Shown: in pieces, positions 58,582 through 64,000 of the stretch
How positions within the stretch are numbered: the first letter of the stretch is position 1
How the letters are laid out: the number at the start of each line of letters is the position of its first letter
NCBI GenBank assembly: GCA_027494115.1
Contig: JAOSJL010000001.1
Span: 767,926-831,925 of the forward strand
Direction: 5' to 3'
Origin: Acidimicrobiia bacterium
Lineage (GTDB): Bacteria; Actinomycetota; Acidimicrobiia; IMCC26256; JAOSJL01
Length of the DNA stretch: 64,000 nt
Position numbers and translations under genes: made by a program
Notes under the pieces: model-generated
Told to the model about the DNA's origin: nothing
Databases searched by the model: none
Seen by the model: the letters and a program-made list of their open reading frames with translations, nothing else

Positions 58582-59644
58582 CTACTTCCGTTTCTTCTTG
58601 GGGGACGTGGAGCGCCGGGCTCGTCGGGCGCAGCCTGCTTGCCCGTCACCGGGCCACGCCGGCCGCTTCGAGTGGGGCTCTTCCCGGACGAGGACCGCTG
58701 CGAGCCCGACGAGGGCCCCGCCTTTTTCGATCCCGGCGACGGGGCTTCGGAGGTCTCCTTCGCCGGCGTGGCCTCCGTCGGCGTGGTCTTCGTGGCCGCG
58801 GCGGCCTTTCCTGCGTCCGAGGACGCCGCTCCGCTTCGGGAGTTCTTGGGGGCGTCGCCCGCCCTGCCGACTTCCGCTCGCGAGAGCCCCCCGGAGCGGC
58901 TACGGGTTCCTGGCCCTCACGGCGGAAGATTATCTCCTGCTGTCCGATCTGCCAGACGTTGCTCACGAGGAAGTACAGCACCACGCCGGCAGGCAGGGAA
59001 AGCGAGATGAACATGAAGATGACGGGCATGAGCTTGCCGATCATCTGGGTCTGGGCGTTGGCCTGAGTCTGGTAGCGCATCGACTGGCGTGACTGGAGGT
59101 ACCCGCTGAGTCCCACCAGGGCGACCAGCAGCAGATACGGCAACGCCGCGACGAAGGACCCGTGGGGATCCTGGGCGCTGAGCGACAGATCGACGTTGAG
59201 GAACTTGAGACCGATGGGGTTGCAGCTGTCGGGGGAGACCCCACCACAGAACGAGTCGTAGAGCGAGGAGCCCTGAGGGATGAACTCGAACGGGTTACGC
59301 AGAATCCGGAACAGCGCGATGAAGATCGGCATCTGCGCGAGGAGAGGCAGACACCCCGCGAGCGGATTGATCTTGTTCTCTTTGTAGAACGCCATCGTCT
59401 CTTCGTTGAGACGCTGGCGGTCGTTCTTGTACTTCGCCTGGAGCTTCTTGATCTCCGGCTGGATCCGTTGCATGGCCAGCATCGAGCGTGCCTGCTTGGC
59501 GGTGAGCGGGAAGAGCAGGAGCCGGAGAAGAACCGTGAGCCCGATGATGGCGAAGCCGTAGCTCGGGACGATGGCGTAGAAGAAGGCGAGGATCGCCCCG
59601 AGGGCATTGAGGATGGCGTTCCATCCGGCGGAGAGAATCTCCAT
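58582..59644 (-). CDS. yidC: Membrane protein insertase YidC; C-terminal tail probably mis-framed (58887-58892, 58600-58604)
   Basis: Core ...FPLTAKQARSMLAMQRIQPEIKKLQAKYKNDRQRLNEETMAFYKENKINPLAGCLPLLAQMPIFIALF.... The raw ORF ends at 58646 with an implausible poly-Arg/Pro tail. An alternative frame gives a Ser/Lys/Thr-rich tail with higher third-position GC. After a second +1 it ends PRPPKKKRK-TAG at 58582-58584, 3 nt before the jag ATG. Confidence 0.85.
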
Positions 59645-59992
59645 CTAGGCCGCCTTTCGCGCCGTGTCGTGCGCGCCGTCGTGGGGGCCGTGCCCGCGTG
59701 CATCGGTTCCCCGCGTGTCTCCACCCGCATCACGTCGGTGCGCACCCGGGACAGGGTCGTAGCCCGAGTCGCCCCACGGATGACACCGCGAGATCCGTCG
59801 GATGGCCATCCAACCGCCGCGCAACGCCCCGTGAGTACGAAGCGCTTCTTCCGCGTACGCCGAACAGGTCGGGAGGTACCGACAGTGCGGCCGGGTGCCG
59901 GCACTCACCGTCCGGTAGACCTTGACCAGCCCGAGCAGCAGCCACGCCAGGGGAGTGCGGCGCCGGCTCGGTGCCGTGTTCTGGGCCGTCAC
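59645..59992 (-). CDS. yidD: Membrane protein insertion efficiency factor YidD
   Basis: GTG 59992 (GTGA overlap with the rnpA stop). ...[65 protein letters not shown]. Confidence 0.8.
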   Translation of the reverse strand: MTAQNTAPSRRRTPLAWLLLGLVKVYRTVSAGTRPHCRYLPTCSAYAEEALRTHGALRGGWMAIRRISRCHPWGDSGYDPVPGAHRRDAGGDTRGTDARGHGPHDGAHDTARKAA

Positions 59993-60343
59993 GAGGTGTC
60001 CCCGCCGACCGCACCGTGGACGTCCTCGTGGACATCCTCGAGAGCGGCTTCTATGGACCGGTCGAGCTCGGAGAAACTCAGCTCTTCGGCGCCCGCCGAC
60101 GCCCCCGACCAGGTACGCAAGGTCGGGCTCCAGTCGACCGCTCCGTGCGCCCATGGAGGCGCGCAGACGACGCCGTATACGATTGCGCGTCGGGGCTGAT
60201 CCCACGCCGCGGACGATTGTGTAAGCCACGCATGGACCACGCTCAGTGGTGGGTGTCGCGCTCACCGTGAGCGGTCCCCGTCGGTAGCGTCGTGCACGCG
60301 CCAGCGCCTCGAAGGTCGCACGGTGACGAACGGGCTCGATCAG
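59989..60343 (-). CDS. rnpA: RNase P protein component; non-canonical start and one frame break (60102-60106)
   Basis: [27 protein letters not shown]...[23 protein letters not shown]...EPDLAYLV, then in another frame ...[24 protein letters not shown]...-TGA. No ATG/GTG/TTG covers the conserved N-terminus. The only candidate is CTG 60343, overlapping the rpmH stop (CTGA). Confidence 0.72.
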
Positions 60344-60474
60344 GCCGAGAGTCGGCTGCGTCCGCGGCGGCGGCGAGCCTTGAGGACGGCGCGTCCGCCA
60401 CGTGTGCGGGACCGGGTACGGAACCCGTGGCGGCGCTTACGCCTCCGGTTGTTGGGTTGGTATGTGCGCTTCAC
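60340..60474 (-). CDS. rpmH: 50S ribosomal protein L34
   Basis: Below the ORF-track size cutoff. My translation from GTG 60474 is [44 protein letters not shown] (44 aa). Confidence 0.9.
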   Translation of the reverse strand: MKRTYQPNNRRRKRRHGFRTRSRTRGGRAVLKARRRRGRSRLSA

Positions 60475-60674
60475 GGAAACCCTCTTCGATGGAGACAGGC
60501 GTGCACGGCACGCTCGGAGGTGGTGGATGCGTCGCTGCTGGTGCGGTGAGCCTGGTGCGGTGAGCGACGACGCCGGGGCGTTGAGTCCGGGAGTCTACGG
60601 GGCGCCCCCCACGCCCCGCAACGCAGCCGGTCGCCGGCGGCGATCCAGCGGCTACGGGCGCTCCACCTCCGCTC

Positions 60675-60808
60675 TTGTCCACGGGCACCGCCGGTGTTAG
60701 GTTCCGCTCGCGATCCCCGACAGATCAACCCCGAGATCCACGCGGAGGCGATCCCCTTTTTCGCCTCCGTCGTTCTTTCTCCACACCTGTGGACGGCCCT
60801 GTGGATAT
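60675..60808. promoter_or_regulatory. DnaA boxes in the rpmH-dnaA spacer, overlapping the dnaA start region
   Basis: TTGTCCACG (60675-60683), TTCTCCACA (60777-60785), TGTGGACGG (60788-60796), TGTGGATAT (60800-60808). Confidence 0.6.
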
Positions 60809-62216
60809 CCAACAGAACGGCGACGCGACGGCTGAAACGCTCTGGCGGGAAGCCGCGTCCGCGTTGGAGGCGAAAGTGCCAGCCGCCGCGTGGAACACCT
60901 GGTTCCAGGGCCTCGACGCCGTGGGATTCGAGGACGGCACCCTGGTCCTCGGTGTCCCCAGCTCTGTCGTACGGGATCGCGTCAACTCCGGTTACATGGA
61001 GGAGCTGCGCGAGGCCGTACGTTCCTGCGGTCACGAGCTCGACGTCCAACTGGTCGTGCGCACCGCTCCCGGCGAGACCACCGAGCCGGCGGTGCCCGAT
61101 GCCGTCGCCTCCGAGCCGACCGACGTGGCTTCCGGAGCGCGAGCGGAACCCGACGGCGAGCAGGCCCCGAGCTGGCCGGCCGGTTCCCTGAACCCCCGCT
61201 ACCGCTTCGACCAATTCGTCATCGGCACGTCCAACCGGTTCGCCCACGCGGCCGCGCTGTCGGTGGCGGAAGCTCCGGCCCGTTCCTACAACCCCCTGTT
61301 CATCTACGGGGGTGCCGGCCTCGGCAAGACCCATCTCCTGCACGCGATCGGCCACCACGTCCACGACGTGTTCCCCGACAAGCGCGTCCGCTACGTCTCC
61401 ACGGAGACCTTCATGAACGAGTTCGTCGACGCCATCCGTACGAACACGACGCCCGGATTCAAGCGCCGCTACCGCGACATCGACGTGCTTCTGATCGACG
61501 ACATCCAGTTCCTCGAGCGCTCGCAACAACTCCAGGAGGAGTTCTTCCACACGTTCAACTCCCTGCACGGCGGTGAGAGCCAGATCGTGATCTGTTCCGA
61601 CCGTTCCCCGAAGTCGATCGCCACCCTCGAAGACCGCCTCCGATCGCGCTTCGAATGGGGCCTCACCACCGACATCCAGCCACCCGAATTCGAGACCCGC
61701 CTGGCGATCCTCCGAACCAAGGCCGAGTCCGAACACTTCGGCGACATCCCCGCCCCGGTGCTCGAGTTCATCGCCAACCACGTCACCAACAACGTCCGGG
61801 AACTCGAGGGTGCCCTCATCCGGGTCACGGCCTACTCGAGTCTCAATCAGGCTCCTCTCACCGAAGCCGTGGCCCGTGAGGTCCTCTCCGACCTCGTCCC
61901 GACGTCTCAGCCCCGTGTCATCACCCCTCAACTCATCCTCGAAGAAACAGCCGAGATGTTCGGGTGGCCTGTCGAGGAACTGATCGGAAAGAGCCGTCGA
62001 CGTCCGTTGGTGACAGCTCGCCAGATCGGGATGTACGTCTTCCGGGAGCTGACCGACTACAGCTATCCCAAGATCGCCGAGGAGTTCGGCGGGCGGGACC
62101 ACACGACAGTCATGCACGCCGTTGAGAAGATCCGCGGTCAGATGGCAGAACGGCGAACCATCTTCAATCAGGTCAACGAGCTCATCCGTCGGATCCGGCT
62201 CGGTACCGGTGGGTAA
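60801..62216 (+). CDS. dnaA: Chromosomal replication initiator DnaA
   Basis: Walker A YGGAGLGKTHLLHAIGH, Walker B LLIDDIQF, DNA-binding C-terminus ...RRPLVTARQIGMYVFRELTDYSYPKIAEEFGGRDHTTVMHAVEKI. Start uncertain (GTG 60801 or 60789); the raw ORF starts at 60675. Confidence 0.95.
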   Translation: MDIQQNGDATAETLWREAASALEAKVPAAAWNTWFQGLDAVGFEDGTLVLGVPSSVVRDRVNSGYMEELREAVRSCGHELDVQLVVRTAPGETTEPAVPDAVASEPTDVASGARAEPDGEQAPSWPAGSLNPRYRFDQFVIGTSNRFAHAAALSVAEAPARSYNPLFIYGGAGLGKTHLLHAIGHHVHDVFPDKRVRYVSTETFMNEFVDAIRTNTTPGFKRRYRDIDVLLIDDIQFLERSQQLQEEFFHTFNSLHGGESQIVICSDRSPKSIATLEDRLRSRFEWGLTTDIQPPEFETRLAILRTKAESEHFGDIPAPVLEFIANHVTNNVRELEGALIRVTAYSSLNQAPLTEAVAREVLSDLVPTSQPRVITPQLILEETAEMFGWPVEELIGKSRRRPLVTARQIGMYVFRELTDYSYPKIAEEFGGRDHTTVMHAVEKIRGQMAERRTIFNQVNELIRRIRLGTGG

Positions 62217-62441
62217 CCGACCGGTGGATAACTCTGTGGAACGGTGGGGAAAGCGAACCCGCGCGGTGGGAATCTCTTGTAGTTCCGCCATCCGCCGACC
62301 ACTCGCTGTGGACGCCTGTGGACGACGTGTGAGGACGCGAACCGGGTGTGACCTGCGGGAACACCGCGTCGTCCCCAATCCACAGGTGCTACTACTACAA
62401 CTAGATATTTCATAACTTCTCAGTAATGCAGGAGGGGGAAC
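62217..62441. other. oriC core: DnaA-box array plus AT-rich unwinding element in the dnaA-dnaN spacer
   Basis: Boxes are GGTGGATAA (62223-31), TGTGGAACG (62235-43), TGTGGACGC (62307-15), TGTGGACGA (62317-25) and CAATCCACA (62376-84). They are followed by the only markedly AT-rich stretch in the window (~62388-62430, ctactactacaactagatatttcataacttctcagtaatg). Confidence 0.78.
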
Positions 62442-63551
62442 GTGAAGTTCCGCTGTGAACGTGACGCACTGGCCGATGCCATCACCACCGCTCAACGCGC
62501 CGTGGCGTCACGAACGGGGGTGCTACCCGTTCTGTCGGGACTTCGTGTCGTCGCGTCGACCGACTCGGTCGAACTCGTCGGATCCGATCTCGAGCTGACC
62601 GTACGTGTGCATGCTCCCGCCGATGTGGGGGAGTCGGGCACAGCGGTGATTCCCGCCAAGTTGTTGGCCGAGGTCGTTCGCTCTCTCGATCCCGGTTCTG
62701 TGTCGGTCGACATCGTCGACGAAGAGGCACGTATAGCAGCCGGCCCGTCGAGGTTCGCACTACGTGTGCTTCCCACCGAGGATTTCCCGAGACTTCCCGA
62801 TGTGTCGGGCGACGCGGTCACGACCGACGCGGGAGAGCTTGCCACGGCGTTGCACCAGGTGATCTCAGCGGCATCGCGTGACGACGCTCGCCCGATCCTC
62901 ACAGGGGTGCTGCTCGCCGCGACGACCGACGGTCTTCGGCTCGTGGCCACCGACTCGTACAGGCTGGCCGTGAGAGACCTCTCGGGTGTCACGATGCTGA
63001 GTGAGGGCCAGCAGGTACTGGTACCGGCCAAGGGACTCACAGAAGTGCAGCGTCTGCTCGGTGACGGGAACCTCGAGGTGGTGTTCTCCGAGAGAGAGGC
63101 CGTCTTTCGGGTGGAGGGCGCCGAGGTCACGACGCGCCTCATCGAAGGTGATTTCCCGAACTACGAACAGCTCATTCCGAGTGACTATCCGAACCGCCTC
63201 ACCGTCGGGCGTGAGGTCTTGGCCGAAGCGTGCAAGCGGGTCCGTCTCGTCGGACAGGGTCGCGACAACTCGCCGGTCCGCATGCGGATGACACCCGAAG
63301 GCACCGAATTGTCGGCGGTGGCCCAGGAAGTCGGTGAGGCCCGTGAGACGATCGACGCCAAGTTCGAGGGCACCGACGCCGAGCTCACGGTCGCATTCAA
63401 TCCGGAGTTCCTGCTCGATGGGATCCAGGCGTGCGGCGACGCTGCCGAGGTGGTCATCGAGTGTCTCGATCCCCTGAAGCCGGCGACGCTCCGTCCGAGC
63501 GACGGAGACGACGATTTTCTGTACCTGCTCATGCCGGTGCGCATCTCCTGA
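62442..63551 (+). CDS. dnaN: DNA polymerase III beta sliding clamp
   Basis: 369 aa. GTG after GGAGGGGG. MKFRCERDALADAITTAQRAV...LPVLSGLRV..., ...LMPVRI C-terminus. Confidence 0.95.
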   Translation: MKFRCERDALADAITTAQRAVASRTGVLPVLSGLRVVASTDSVELVGSDLELTVRVHAPADVGESGTAVIPAKLLAEVVRSLDPGSVSVDIVDEEARIAAGPSRFALRVLPTEDFPRLPDVSGDAVTTDAGELATALHQVISAASRDDARPILTGVLLAATTDGLRLVATDSYRLAVRDLSGVTMLSEGQQVLVPAKGLTEVQRLLGDGNLEVVFSEREAVFRVEGAEVTTRLIEGDFPNYEQLIPSDYPNRLTVGREVLAEACKRVRLVGQGRDNSPVRMRMTPEGTELSAVAQEVGEARETIDAKFEGTDAELTVAFNPEFLLDGIQACGDAAEVVIECLDPLKPATLRPSDGDDDFLYLLMPVRIS

Positions 63552-63579
63552 GACGATCCTCCGGCACCGGGAGCAGCGT

Positions 63580-64000
63580 GTGCGCGTGACGTCGGTGTAC
63601 CTGCGCGATTTCCGCTGCTACGACGAGGTCGACATCGAATTCCCGGCCGGATGCACGGTCGTGACCGGCGACAACGGCCAGGGTAAGACGAGCCTTCTCG
63701 AAGGGATCACCTGGGCTGCCACCGGCAGGTCATTGCGGGGTGTCCCCGACAGTGCACTCGTCGCTCACGATGCACACCGGGCGATCGTACGGGTCGCGGT
63801 CACGACAGGGAGTCGTCACCGCCGGATCGAGGCGGAGATCCCGGCCTCGGGGAGAAGCCGTGTTCTTGTCGACGGGTCCCGCGCCACGCGCCTCTCGGAC
63901 CGTGCCGGGGTGCTTCTCACGACAGTGTTCTCACCCGACGATCTGATGATCGTGAAGGGGGCACCGGCTTTGCGACGCGACCTTCTCGACGGGCTGTTGA
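63580..64000 (+). CDS. recF: DNA replication/repair protein RecF, N-terminal part (continues past window end)
   Basis: Open to the window edge, so not in the ORF track. My translation from GTG 63580 is VRVTSVYLRDFRCYDEVDIEFPAGCTVVTGDNGQGKTSLLEGITWAATGRS... (Walker A GDNGQGKT). Confidence 0.9.
   Translation, partial: MRVTSVYLRDFRCYDEVDIEFPAGCTVVTGDNGQGKTSLLEGITWAATGRSLRGVPDSALVAHDAHRAIVRVAVTTGSRHRRIEAEIPASGRSRVLVDGSRATRLSDRAGVLLTTVFSPDDLMIVKGAPALRRDLLDGLL

Overview
This is a visibly high-GC actinobacterial chromosome segment covering the replication origin. All product calls come from motif and synteny recognition by eye, with no searches run, and start codons were hand-picked. From 44.6 kb to the end the gene order is DUF6049-murJ-(degV, STPK)-ECF sigma/anti-sigma-trxB-trxA-cwlM-parB-parA-rsmG-jag-yidC-yidD-rnpA-rpmH-dnaA-oriC-dnaN-recF, which as I recall it matches the Mycobacterium Rv3909..Rv0003 block. 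The left end holds a heat-shock operon (dnaK-grpE-dnaJ-hspR-clpB) and a liv-type ABC transporter. The middle is mostly housekeeping: rpsF-ssb-rpsR-rplI-dnaB, panB, nucS, a CCA-adding enzyme, NfeD/SPFH, and a tRNA-Gly(CCC). No CRISPR array, IS element, prophage or recognisable defence island was seen.

Main observations:
1. A 488-codon LAGLIDADG intein splits the catalytic motif of dCTP deaminase.
2. At least 14 single-base G/C homopolymer length discrepancies break or distort 11 otherwise conserved genes, including parB, dnaB, yidC, rnpA, grpE and cwlM. This most likely reflects assembly or sequencing error rather than biology. One pair lies in a Ser/Thr kinase and is frame-compensating.
3. 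A seven-repeat (FYYDATNGNLR) beta-propeller lipoprotein of unknown function has near-identical internal DNA repeats.
4. A retropepsin-like / RimK / AstE-like trio is a possible writer/eraser module for C-terminal glutamylation.
5. Non-coding structure includes a bipartite oriC with an AT-rich DUE, two parS palindromes, a DnaA-box cluster upstream of dnaB, and a 43-nt perfect palindrome in front of rpsF.
6. A 5'-degraded PII (glnB-like) gene is present.
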